From Candidatus Multivoradales bacterium (GTDB lineage: Bacteria; Acidobacteriota; Thermoanaerobaculia; Multivoradales; Multivoraceae): 64,000 bases of DNA. Position numbers and translations under genes: made by a program. Shown here piece after piece: positions 1-9,023 of the stretch (its first letter is position 1; every line of letters starts with the position of its first letter). The DNA is taken from contig CBDCWI010000002.1 of NCBI GenBank assembly GCA_965223325.1, positions 4,096,001-4,160,000 on the forward strand. Direction: 5' to 3'. The notes under the pieces were generated by a model, which saw only the letters and a list, made by a program, of their open reading frames with translations, was not told the DNA's origin and did not search any database.

Positions 1-2
1 GC

Positions 3-752
3 TATCTCAGACTCGTGCTCCAGGTCGAGCGCCGCGATGCGGTGCTGCCGACCGTGCGCCAGCTGCGCTATCTGGTGCGGCACGATGCCGAAATCCTCGA
101 CGAATTCCGCGCTACCGAACGCCAATTGGCCACTGCTCGCGATGCCGCCCTCGACAGACAGCGGGAGATCGAGAGCTGGGTCGACCGGGAGGCCGAGCAG
201 CAGGCCGTTGTCGACCAAACGCGAGCGCAGTTCGCCAGTCGTTTCAGCGCCGCCGAGCGCCACCAACGCGCACTCGAACAGCGAGCGCGCGATCTGGAGC
301 AGCGCGAGCGCGGAATGGCCGAGCTCATGGCCGCACTTTCTGAGGGTCGTGCGGCAGAGCTCGCCGGTCGGCCGATTACGGACTTCCGCGGTGCCCTCGA
401 CTGGCCGCTGTGGGGCCGCGTCACCGTCCCGTTCGGGCCACGTCGAGATCCGGTCTACGGCACGATGGTGCCCAACAACGGTATCGAGATCGCGAGCGCA
501 GAAGGGGTGCCGGTGACGGCCGTCTTCGGTGGCCAGGTTCTGTTCGCCGCCCCCTTCCAGGACTACGGTTTCACCGTCGTCATGCAGCACGCCGGGGGCG
601 GCATCACTCTCTATGCCGGTCTCCAGGAGCTCAGAACCGAGAGGGGAGTTGTGCTAGATTTGGGGGATATCGTGGGTGTTTCCACGGCGCGGCTCTACTT
701 CGAGATACGCAGCGAGAACCGCCCGCAAGACCCTGCTCTCTGGCTCAGGTAG
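3..752 (+). CDS. envC: Murein hydrolase activator EnvC-like (coiled coil + degenerate M23/LytM), 5' end outside window
   Basis: Coiled coil followed by LDWPLWG...FG, NNGIEI, V.AVFGGQV.FA, YG..VV..H and LYFEIR..NRPQDP; the Zn-ligand histidines are absent, as in EnvC; lies upstream of S41 and yibQ genes. Confidence 0.85.
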   Translation, partial: YLRLVLQVERRDAVLPTVRQLRYLVRHDAEILDEFRATERQLATARDAALDRQREIESWVDREAEQQAVVDQTRAQFASRFSAAERHQRALEQRARDLEQRERGMAELMAALSEGRAAELAGRPITDFRGALDWPLWGRVTVPFGPRRDPVYGTMVPNNGIEIASAEGVPVTAVFGGQVLFAAPFQDYGFTVVMQHAGGGITLYAGLQELRTERGVVLDLGDIVGVSTARLYFEIRSENRPQDPALWLR

Positions 753-904
753 CGGCCTTCGCGCACGCGAGATCGGCTACCAGGCCCTGACCCCTTCAAG
801 GCTGCCGACGTGGTCGGAATCAAAGGTGGCCGCCAGGGTTTTTCGGGTGGGGTTGATTCGTTCCTGCCCAACCGTCGACTGCCTGAGGACCACTACTCTC
901 AATC

Positions 905-2089
905 ATGCAAACCAAGCGCACGAACCGGAGCCGCGTCGCCTTCTTCACGCTGTCGATCGCGCTCGTTGCCCCCCTTCTCACCAGCACTCTGTCGACCGCT
1001 TCGGCACAGCGTGGCGAGGGGCGTGACTCGCTCTACAAGTATTTGAGCGTCTTCACCGAGGTCCTGCGGCTGGTGCGGCAGGTCTACGTCGAAGAGACCG
1101 ACATTCAGAGTCTGATGGCAGGCGCCCTCGATGGCGCAACCGATGCGCTCGATCCGTTCTCGGTCTACGTTCCGGCCGAGCGCATCGATGAGTATCGCCA
1201 AACGCGGGCCATCGGAACCAGCCGCAGTGGCATTCTGGTCCTCAAGGAGCGTGGCGTGGCCTACGTCGCCGCGGTAGCAGAGGGCAGCCCCGCCAGGCAG
1301 GCGGGCGTCGAAGCAGCCGACATCATCTCCGAGATCCGTGGCGTGTCGACGCGCGACATGCCGCTCTGGCAGCTGCGCGGCCTGCTTGCTGGCGACGTGG
1401 GCGACGAGATCGCACTCGAGATCATTCGCCGCGGGTCGAACGAAACGATCGACCTGGTGCTTGGTGACTTCACCCCGCTTCCGGTCGCAGCCGAGGACGT
1501 GCGCGGCATTCAGGTGGTTCGCATCCCGCACATTACCGCGGCGACTCCGGCACAGCTCGACTCGGTCCTGGCGAAGCTCGGTGACCAGCACCTCTTGATC
1601 GATCTCCGCGGCTCGTCCGGTGGTCAACCAGAGATCGCCTATGAAGTCGCCGAGCGGTTCGTGACGGGTGAGCTCGGTAGCTTGCGCACCCGCAACGAGG
1701 TTCTCGAGAGCTACTCGTCGACCGGCACGCCAGCTTGGGATGGTGAAGTTTCCCTCCTCGTCGATCGCGGTTCGCAGGGAGCCTCTGAGGTTCTGGCCGA
1801 GATTCTGCGCGGCAGCGGTCACCGCTTGATGGGCGAGACCACGTTCGGTCATGCCGGTCGCAACTCCTTGATCGAGCTCGCCTCCGGTGGGTATCTGGAC
1901 ATCACCGACGGGTTCTTCACCGGGCCCGACGGCGAGCCGTTGGCCGAAGGCCTCGAACCAGACCTCGAGCTCGACGTTCGCGGCGCGCGCTGGGCCGATG
2001 ACGCCGAGGGCGACCCGGTGCTCGAAGAAGCCATCGAGGCCATCCTGGGCGGCCTCGAGGCCGAAGAAGAGCTACGCGACGTCGCATGA
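905..2089 (+). CDS. S41 (CtpA-like) C-terminal protease homolog with PDZ domain, probably inactive
   Basis: Signal peptide, VYVEE, LDPFSVY, PDZ (GSPARQAGVEAADII), IDLRGSSGG, SQGASE, GETTFGH, GL.PD. Confidence 0.85.
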   Translation: MQTKRTNRSRVAFFTLSIALVAPLLTSTLSTASAQRGEGRDSLYKYLSVFTEVLRLVRQVYVEETDIQSLMAGALDGATDALDPFSVYVPAERIDEYRQTRAIGTSRSGILVLKERGVAYVAAVAEGSPARQAGVEAADIISEIRGVSTRDMPLWQLRGLLAGDVGDEIALEIIRRGSNETIDLVLGDFTPLPVAAEDVRGIQVVRIPHITAATPAQLDSVLAKLGDQHLLIDLRGSSGGQPEIAYEVAERFVTGELGSLRTRNEVLESYSSTGTPAWDGEVSLLVDRGSQGASEVLAEILRGSGHRLMGETTFGHAGRNSLIELASGGYLDITDGFFTGPDGEPLAEGLEPDLELDVRGARWADDAEGDPVLEEAIEAILGGLEAEEELRDVA

Positions 2090-2129
2090 CCCCCAGGGTG
2101 GGGTCTGAGCGACAACGCCGCGCGCGACT

Positions 2130-3143
2130 ATGAACCCCTCGTCGCGCCGCCGTTGGCTGGTGGCTCTCTCGGGGGGGATCATAGTCTTCGCGCTCGGTCT
2201 CTGGCTGCGAAACCACCAGCTGGCTGACCCCGCTTCGAGGTCAGAGCCAGCGACCGGAACGCAGGCCGAGGGCTCGAGGTCATCGACCGATCCTCCTTCG
2301 CCCGACACTTCTGCGGCAGACAGTGCGCCAGGCCCACTCGACTCCTCCCCGTCTCGAGAGCCAGGAGCGGTGTCCGCAGAACTGCCTCCAGGCGAAGAAG
2401 ACCGGGACCGGCTGGGCGCCGCGAGGGAGTCAGACGCACTGGGCGAGAGTGCGCCCCGGTGGAGCGAGCAGGAGTCGACAAGATGGGGTGAGGGGCGCCT
2501 GGCGTTGGTGATCGACGACCTCGGCCGCGACGTGCGCGACGTCGAGCGCTTCGGGGCCATCGCTCCGATGACCTTTGCCGTCCTACCGTTCGAGCGCCGA
2601 ACCGAGCAGGTGGTCGCGGCACTCGAAAGCGCCGGCGCGGGCTTCCTCTGTCATCTACCAATGGAGGGTGCCAGCGGGGCAGACCCGGGCCCGGGGGCGC
2701 TGCTCCTGGGAATGTCGGCCGAGGAGTTGCGGGAGAAGACCCAAGCCGCCCTGCTCGCCGTGCCGGGTGCAATGGGTGTCAACAACCACATGGGATCCGC
2801 TCTGACGGCCGACCAGGATGCGATGCAGGTCGTCCTCGACGTCGTCCGGCAGCATGACCTCTTCTTCCTCGACTCACGCACTGGTGCCGACACGGTGGGC
2901 TTCAAGCTCGCGCGCGAGCAGGGTCTGCCCGCCGCAGAGCGCCACGTCTTCCTGGATGGCGAGCGCGATGAAGAAGCGATTCGCGAGCGCTTCTGGCAAG
3001 CGGTGAGCATCGCCCGGAGCCGCGGGTTCGCAGTCGCGATCGGTCACCCCTACGGCGAAACCCTGTACGTCCTACGAAGCGAAGTGCCGCGCGCACGCGA
3101 GCTGGGCATCGAGCCGGTCGGGCTCTTGGAGCTTGTCGAGTAG
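2130..3143 (+). CDS. Divergent polysaccharide deacetylase family protein (YibQ-like)
   Basis: N-terminal TM helix; LALVIDDLG, HLPME, GVNNHMGS, FLDSRT, VFLD and AIGHP motifs. Confidence 0.9.
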   Translation: MNPSSRRRWLVALSGGIIVFALGLWLRNHQLADPASRSEPATGTQAEGSRSSTDPPSPDTSAADSAPGPLDSSPSREPGAVSAELPPGEEDRDRLGAARESDALGESAPRWSEQESTRWGEGRLALVIDDLGRDVRDVERFGAIAPMTFAVLPFERRTEQVVAALESAGAGFLCHLPMEGASGADPGPGALLLGMSAEELREKTQAALLAVPGAMGVNNHMGSALTADQDAMQVVLDVVRQHDLFFLDSRTGADTVGFKLAREQGLPAAERHVFLDGERDEEAIRERFWQAVSIARSRGFAVAIGHPYGETLYVLRSEVPRARELGIEPVGLLELVE

Positions 3144-3210
3144 TCGAGTATGAGACAGCGCGCTGGGTCGCTGGGCACTGGCGGGGGCATCCGGGACCGC
3201 CCAGAGCCTT

Positions 3211-3242
3211 CATGCAGGCACAATCATGATAGCATGCAGGCA
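3211..3242 (+). promoter_or_regulatory. Putative vapBC promoter/operator
   Basis: CATGCAGGCA direct repeat (3211-3220, 3233-3242), ATCATGAT palindrome, TGATAGCA half-site, and -10-like TAGCAT 6 nt before the ATG. Confidence 0.45.
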
Positions 3243-3481
3243 TGAAGCAGCTGACCATTCGAAACCTTCCGGATGATGTGGCGAAGCGGCTGAAGGTGCT
3301 GAGCGAGGAAAGGGAGATGAGTGTCAACGCCACAGTCGTCTCGATCCTTGCAAACGCGGTCGGTATCGAGGGCCGGCGGAAGCGAATCGAGCGATACATC
3401 ACCTGGACGGATACTGATCTCGCCAGGTTCGAAGCTGACCTCGAGGTCCAGAGGGTTGTAGATGACGAGCTCTGGCGTTGA
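3242..3481 (+). CDS. vapB: Antitoxin, FitA/VapB-like ribbon-helix-helix
   Basis: MKQLTIRNLPDDV..RLK...S.N RHH signature; overlaps the downstream PIN gene. Confidence 0.85.
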   Translation: MKQLTIRNLPDDVAKRLKVLSEEREMSVNATVVSILANAVGIEGRRKRIERYITWTDTDLARFEADLEVQRVVDDELWR

Positions 3482-3884
3482 ACCAGTAGCGCGCCTCGTT
3501 CTCGATACATCGGCCTACGCACACTTGCGACATGGCCACGAGGCCGTTCTGGATCACGTCGCTGCTGCAGGAATCGTCCTGTTGCCCATGATCGTGCTGG
3601 GTGAGCTGGAAGCCGGGTTTGAACTCGGGACCAGGCACCGGGAGAATCGACTCATGCTCGAGGAGTTCCTCGATGAACCCTTCGTATCGATCTTGCCGCT
3701 CAACCGCTCGTCGACGCGTAGATACGGGCGCGTGTTCGCTCAGCTCCGCACAGCGGGAACACCAATACCGATCAATGACGTATGGATTGCGGCGGCAACG
3801 ATTGATGCCGCCGCCCACCTGCTGACCTTCGACTCGGATTTCGGGCACATCGACTCGCTGGACTGCACCGTCCTGAACCGGTAG
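3462..3884 (+). CDS. vapC: VapC PIN-domain toxin
   Basis: LVLDTSA, IVLGELEAGF, PIPINDVWIAA and LLTFDSDF PIN motifs. Confidence 0.92.
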   Translation: MTSSGVEPVARLVLDTSAYAHLRHGHEAVLDHVAAAGIVLLPMIVLGELEAGFELGTRHRENRLMLEEFLDEPFVSILPLNRSSTRRYGRVFAQLRTAGTPIPINDVWIAAATIDAAAHLLTFDSDFGHIDSLDCTVLNR

Positions 3885-4097
3885 GTGCGAGTGGCGCCGA
3901 GCTTGCCCACCTTGATCACCGTCACCCACCAGAGTTCTGGGCGCAGCGCGAGTCGCGAGCCTCCTGATCGAACGCAGCGAAGACCCGGCGACTGAACCAA
4001 CGACGCGATCGAACCGACGGAGGGTACTTCGGTCTCTCGAAGGCGACATGCTTCCAGGCGAGATTCGAGCCCTCATCGACCGTCTGGAGTGAGCAGC

Positions 4098-4931
4098 TCA
4101 GGACTCCTGCTCCACCCCTCCGAGAGCCAGGTCCTGGTCCTTTGCCTCGTTCCACCACGCTTCGAGCCTCTCGAGGTCACGCGTGCCGCCCGCTTCTCGC
4201 TGCTGACGCTCGACCCAGGCGAAGCGGCGACGGAACTTCTGGTTGGCGCCGGCCAGAGCGCCTTCGGCATCGATGCCGTGGTGGCGGGCGAGCGAGGCGA
4301 CGGCGAAGAGCAGGTCGCCGATCTCTTCGCTGACCGCCGTGCGTGAAGCTTCGGTCTGCGCGCCGGCTGCTCGCACCTCAGCGAGCTCCTCGCGGACCTT
4401 CTCGAAGACTCCCTCCGTGTCGGGCCAGTCGAAGCCAAGCCCCGCCGCCTTTTCCGCCAGGCGGTGCGCCGCGACCAGGGCTGGCAGGGTTTCGGGCACG
4501 CCCTCGAGCGCCGATCTCTCTGGGCGCTCCTTTCGCTTTTGCTCCTGCCACAGTTGTTTGACCTCAGCCGCGGAGCGCGCGGTGGCTTCCCCGAAGACGT
4601 GTGGATGGCGTTCCACCATCTTGTCGACGACGCCGTTCAAGACCTCCTTGAAGCCGAACCAGCCGCGGTCCTCAGCAAGATCGGCCAGGAAAACCACCTG
4701 GAAGCTCAGGTCGCCGAGTTCCTCGCCCATCCGGTTGCGGTCGTTGTGGTCGATCGCAGCGGCGGTCTCATGCGCCTCTTCGAGCAGGTTCGAGCGGCAG
4801 CTGGCGAGGGTCTGTTCCTGGTCCCATGGGCATCCGTCCGGCCCGCGGAGGTGGCGAATCAGTCCCTGGAGGCGATCAAGGGCCGAGCCGGCGGAGTTTC
4901 TGACCTCGAAGGGGTCACGATCAGCACCCAT
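4098..4931 (-). CDS. mazG: Nucleoside triphosphate pyrophosphohydrolase MazG
   Basis: LRGPDGCPWDQEQT, EELGDL, RHPHVFG, GFDWP, EEIGDLLF, ANQKFRRRF. Confidence 0.95.
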   Translation of the reverse strand: MGADRDPFEVRNSAGSALDRLQGLIRHLRGPDGCPWDQEQTLASCRSNLLEEAHETAAAIDHNDRNRMGEELGDLSFQVVFLADLAEDRGWFGFKEVLNGVVDKMVERHPHVFGEATARSAAEVKQLWQEQKRKERPERSALEGVPETLPALVAAHRLAEKAAGLGFDWPDTEGVFEKVREELAEVRAAGAQTEASRTAVSEEIGDLLFAVASLARHHGIDAEGALAGANQKFRRRFAWVERQQREAGGTRDLERLEAWWNEAKDQDLALGGVEQES

Positions 4932-5171
4932 GGTGATATCTCCAGATTCTCGCTTGCCGCGTTTCCCTAGTGCTTGCTAGGATATTCGATCGTGTGCGTG
5001 TTGGCCGTTAGAACACGTGCAACTCCTGCCAATGGAGCAATTTGCCGCAGAAGCGCGGTGGTGTCAAAGGCGCCCCGTGTTGTGCGGAGCGCCTGCGGCT
5101 TCTGGCAGCGCTGAGAATGCTCCGGTGCGACCGAGTCATGGTGAGACCGAGGGCTGACCTCCGAGGACTGA

Positions 5172-5684
5172 ATGAGCGATCAGATCAAGGTTACCGACAA
5201 CCGGATATTCGATGAAGACGGTGAATTGCGAGAAGAGTTCCGCCATCTCGAGGCGGAACAGCAAGCCGAGTCGAGAGCGCCGAAGGCGCCCGAGCCAGCT
5301 GCGACTGGCGAGCCAGTGGTGACCGGGCCGCCCGTTGAAGAGGCACCGTCCGTCGCCTCCCAGGCCGCCGCTGGCCCTGCGCCTGCTACTGAGGCGCCAC
5401 CCTCGCGAGCGGACACCGTCGATATGCCGAGTGGCTCTGGCCAGCAGGTGCAGTTTCTCGACCTCTTGGCGGTCCTGGTGGAGCCGACCTATTTGTTTCT
5501 CGGTGAGGCTAGCCTCCCCGATGGCTCGTCGGCAGAGGATCTGGATAGAGCCCGCCTCTACATCGATCTTCTCGGCGTTCTGCAGGAGAAGTCGAGTGGC
5601 AATCTAGACGCCCAGGAGGCGGCGGTACTCGACGACCTGCTGTACCGCCTGCGCCTTGCCTACGTGGAGAAGACGGGCGCCTAG
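5172..5684 (+). CDS. DUF1844-domain protein
   Basis: C-terminal DL..AR..IDLL.VLQEK..GNL...E...L..LL..LRL.YV pattern; GAGG Shine-Dalgarno. Confidence 0.8.
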   Translation: MSDQIKVTDNRIFDEDGELREEFRHLEAEQQAESRAPKAPEPAATGEPVVTGPPVEEAPSVASQAAAGPAPATEAPPSRADTVDMPSGSGQQVQFLDLLAVLVEPTYLFLGEASLPDGSSAEDLDRARLYIDLLGVLQEKSSGNLDAQEAAVLDDLLYRLRLAYVEKTGA

Positions 5685-5706
5685 CGGCGCTGTGTCCACT
5701 TCTGTG

Positions 5707-7473
5707 ATGCCTTTTGGCTTTGCACCGAGCGCGCCCGCCTCAAGCGGGCGAGCGGGCTTGAGAACTGGCTCTGTGCTCCTGCAGTGGAGCCTGTTCTTCG
5801 TGCTGCTCATCGTTGGTGCCCTGCCGGTCCACGGTGCAGAAGGTGAGTCCGACAACACCGTTCCGCTGTCGGTCGAACTGCAAGAGAAGCTCGCCCGACT
5901 GAACGATCAATGGTTGGTGTGGAACACCGCGTTCCTGCAGGGCAATCAGGCGACGGCCGGAGTGGCAGTTCGCGACATGATGTATTCGGTCGATGATCTC
6001 GGCATGGAAACCTTGCCGGATTTGACGCTCGGGATGATTTCGCGGGCCGTCAACGCGGCCCGCGAGGGTGAGACGGCGAAGGCGGTCTGGGGGCTGGAAA
6101 TGGCCGAGCGCATGGACCCGGATCGTCCCGAGACTGCCCTGGGTCGCAGTCGCGTCGCGGCTCTCGACAAGGACTGGGTGTCGGCGGCAGGGCACTGGGT
6201 CGAGGCCCAGGTGCGGTTGCTCGAGAGTCGCCAGACCCGCTTTCTGGTCCTCAGCAACGTACTGTTGTGGTTGTTGTCGGCGCTGATGTTGGCCGGGCTG
6301 CTGTACGTGGCACTCCTCTTTGCGACTCGTGGCGGCAGGGTCGTCCGGGCGCTGGCAGGAAAGCTCGGCATTCTTCCTACGCCGCTCGCCTACGCCCTGA
6401 TTCTCGTGGTGCTTGTTGGGCCGATGTTCTTGCCCCGCGGCTTCATCTGGGTGGCTCTCTTGTGGATGGTGCTCCTGTGGAGTGCGTGCGAAATCAACGA
6501 ACGTTGGGTCCTGGGTGGTGTGTGCCTGCTCCTCGGTCTGGCGCCGGTGGTGGTTCTTCAGCAGCAGCGTGGCGTTGAGGTGGCGGTCTCCCACCAGCTG
6601 CGCGCAGTGGACAGTGCGATCGAAGGGCGCCTTAATGGCCAGCTACTGAACGACCTGGACCGCCTGCGTTGGACCCTTCCGACCAGCGTGGCTGTGACCC
6701 AGCTGATTGCCGACGCACACATGCGTCTCGGCCAGGATCAGGTGGCCCGACCGCTCTACCGGCAGGTGGCCGAGGAAGAACCTGACAACGCTTCCGCCTT
6801 CATCAATCTGGGGATTTTCCACAGCCGTCGGGCCGAGCACTTCCAGGCGATTCCCTTCTACGAGCGCGCGGTCGAAGTTGCCGATGCTCCGTTGGTCGCC
6901 TACTACAACCTGGCGCAGGCCTATCGAGAGTTGCTCGAGTTCGAGCGCGCCGACGAAAACCTCGAGAAGGCCCGCGCGGCCGACGCCGCGACGCTCAGTC
7001 GCTGGATCAAGGAGTCGCGGACGGCCCAACCTCTGTTTGGCGGTTTCGAACGTCGCGATGTGATTCGTGACGAACTCGAAGCGACCTGGGACGGTGCTTC
7101 GCGCAGTGCCGCGGATCAGTTGCTCTCCAACGCGTCGTCCGCACCGCTGGCACTCCTGGTGCCAATCCTCGGCATGATGGTTGGGCGTGGTCTGCACACT
7201 CCGCCTGGACCTCCGGCAGCCAAAACCGGCTTTCTCGACCGGGCCCTCCAGTTCATCGTTCCGGGCTTGCCGTCGGCCGAAGATGGTCGCGGCGTGCGGG
7301 CCTACCTGGCCGCCCTCATGCCGATCCTTGCCGTCACGCTACCGTTGATTGGCTACATCGGTTACCGAGTGCCTCTTGGTTATGACCCCGGGCAGGCGGT
7401 GACCTCGGTGGTCGGCATCGGGATGCTGGCACTGTTTTATCTGTTTCGGCTTCCGATGCTGTTTCGCGCCTAG
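5707..7473 (+). CDS. Polytopic membrane protein with TPR repeats
   Basis: Several hydrophobic helices plus TPR-like repeats (PDNASAFINLG, AYYNLAQAY); start uncertain (ORF opens at 5656). Confidence 0.75.
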   Translation: MPFGFAPSAPASSGRAGLRTGSVLLQWSLFFVLLIVGALPVHGAEGESDNTVPLSVELQEKLARLNDQWLVWNTAFLQGNQATAGVAVRDMMYSVDDLGMETLPDLTLGMISRAVNAAREGETAKAVWGLEMAERMDPDRPETALGRSRVAALDKDWVSAAGHWVEAQVRLLESRQTRFLVLSNVLLWLLSALMLAGLLYVALLFATRGGRVVRALAGKLGILPTPLAYALILVVLVGPMFLPRGFIWVALLWMVLLWSACEINERWVLGGVCLLLGLAPVVVLQQQRGVEVAVSHQLRAVDSAIEGRLNGQLLNDLDRLRWTLPTSVAVTQLIADAHMRLGQDQVARPLYRQVAEEEPDNASAFINLGIFHSRRAEHFQAIPFYERAVEVADAPLVAYYNLAQAYRELLEFERADENLEKARAADAATLSRWIKESRTAQPLFGGFERRDVIRDELEATWDGASRSAADQLLSNASSAPLALLVPILGMMVGRGLHTPPGPPAAKTGFLDRALQFIVPGLPSAEDGRGVRAYLAALMPILAVTLPLIGYIGYRVPLGYDPGQAVTSVVGIGMLALFYLFRLPMLFRA

Positions 7474-7487
7474 GTAAGAGGTTCGCT

Positions 7488-9023
7488 TTGCAACTAGAAG
7501 GATCTCTCAACGAAATCGCGGTCGCACCGCTACTCGAGCGGGTCGGTGCCCTGGGCAAAACCGGCATCCTCACGATTCACAGTGAAAGCGACATCATCGC
7601 GGTCACCTTCCTGGATGGGCGAATCGTGGCAGCCGATGCGCTCAACGAACCGATCGACGAAGGTCTCGGCCAGGTTCTGATCAGCCAGGGCCTGCTTACC
7701 GAAGAGCGCTTCACGGGCATGCTCGAGGACGCTCGCGGGGCGAGTCGCCGCCTGTCGCATCACCTGGTGGAGCGGGCAGTGGTGGGTCGCGACCAGGTCC
7801 TCGAGGCGGTGCGCCTGCAGACGTATCGCCTGTTGCTTCGCCTGCTGCGCTGGAACGAAGGCGAGTGGAACATCTTTGTCGGCGACGAGATCTCCTACGA
7901 GGACGGCATCCGCCCGATTGCGGTGGAAGAGGTGCTCGTTCGGGCGCAGGGGGACCTGGGTGACGAATCACCCGTTGATGGCGTCCTGCCGGAACTCGAA
8001 ACCACCTGGGAGCGTAGCCCCGACACCCGCACCATCAAGATCCTCGGTATCGACGGAGATACTCCGAGTGGCGATGAGACCGAGGTGTGGGTCACGGCGG
8101 CTCAGCACGCCCTGTTGCGCGAGAGCGAAGGCGGCTGCTTCGGCACCTCGCTGCTCACCCGTGCTGGGCTCGATGAGTACGAGGTGCGTTGGGGTCTCTC
8201 GCAGCTGCGCAACCTCGGCATGGTCAACGAACGCCAGCAAACGGAGCTCGAGGTCGGCGAGCACACTCTCGGTGGAGGGGGTCTCGGCAGTCTCGACGAC
8301 CAGGTTCGCGATCCGCTGCGCGAAACCGGCAGCCACTCGTTCCTCGGCGACACCGACGCTTCGCTGGGAGAGCTGCTCTCCGGGGCCCCGGTCGAAGCCG
8401 AAGCTGATTTCCTTCGCGACACTGGCTCATTCGGCGGGCTGGTGCCGCCGCCACCCACCGGCCAGCGACCAGTTTCAGCCGGCCAGACCGGTGTCCACGA
8501 GAAGGTCACGCCGCCTCCCAAGTCCGCGGCTCCTAGCCGTCACAAGGCGCGGTCGATTCTGCGGGACTTCGTCGATGTCTGGTTGGGGCGCACCATGGCG
8601 CTCGGCTTCTTCCTGGTCGTCGTGCTGGCCTTTGCGCTCATGCCGGACCGCAACGGGTTGTTCTTCCCCTACCCTTGGCAGGAACGTCAACGTGAGGCAT
8701 TCGAGAGCGCCCAGCGTGCTTCTCAGGCCGCCAAGCTCGATCGCGCGGTGCGTTCCTACTACCTGCTCTATGGGCGCTTCCCCGAACGTCTCGGAGCCCT
8801 CTCGGCTCTCGAGCTCTTGAGTCCCAACGATCAGGTCGACAGCCGGGGTCGGCAGCTGCAGTACTCCTCAGCCAAGACTAGCTACACCCTGCAGCCGCTT
8901 CGCGATGGCCAGCCGGTGCCGGGTCTCGAACGCACCTACGACGTGGCGGAAGACTTCCTGCTCAGCCCGGAGTTCGTGCGGGTGCAGAGAAACGAGCGCA
9001 GCCCGGTGGTTCTTCTGGATTGA
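7488..9023 (+). CDS. DUF4388 (PatA-N-like) domain membrane protein with C-terminal pseudopilin-like segment
   Basis: LEGSL...LL..V...GKTGILTI...F.DG.IVAA and LL.W.EG motifs; one TM helix; YYLLYGRFPERL..L....D..GR...Y. Confidence 0.75.
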   Translation: MQLEGSLNEIAVAPLLERVGALGKTGILTIHSESDIIAVTFLDGRIVAADALNEPIDEGLGQVLISQGLLTEERFTGMLEDARGASRRLSHHLVERAVVGRDQVLEAVRLQTYRLLLRLLRWNEGEWNIFVGDEISYEDGIRPIAVEEVLVRAQGDLGDESPVDGVLPELETTWERSPDTRTIKILGIDGDTPSGDETEVWVTAAQHALLRESEGGCFGTSLLTRAGLDEYEVRWGLSQLRNLGMVNERQQTELEVGEHTLGGGGLGSLDDQVRDPLRETGSHSFLGDTDASLGELLSGAPVEAEADFLRDTGSFGGLVPPPPTGQRPVSAGQTGVHEKVTPPPKSAAPSRHKARSILRDFVDVWLGRTMALGFFLVVVLAFALMPDRNGLFFPYPWQERQREAFESAQRASQAAKLDRAVRSYYLLYGRFPERLGALSALELLSPNDQVDSRGRQLQYSSAKTSYTLQPLRDGQPVPGLERTYDVAEDFLLSPEFVRVQRNERSPVVLLD

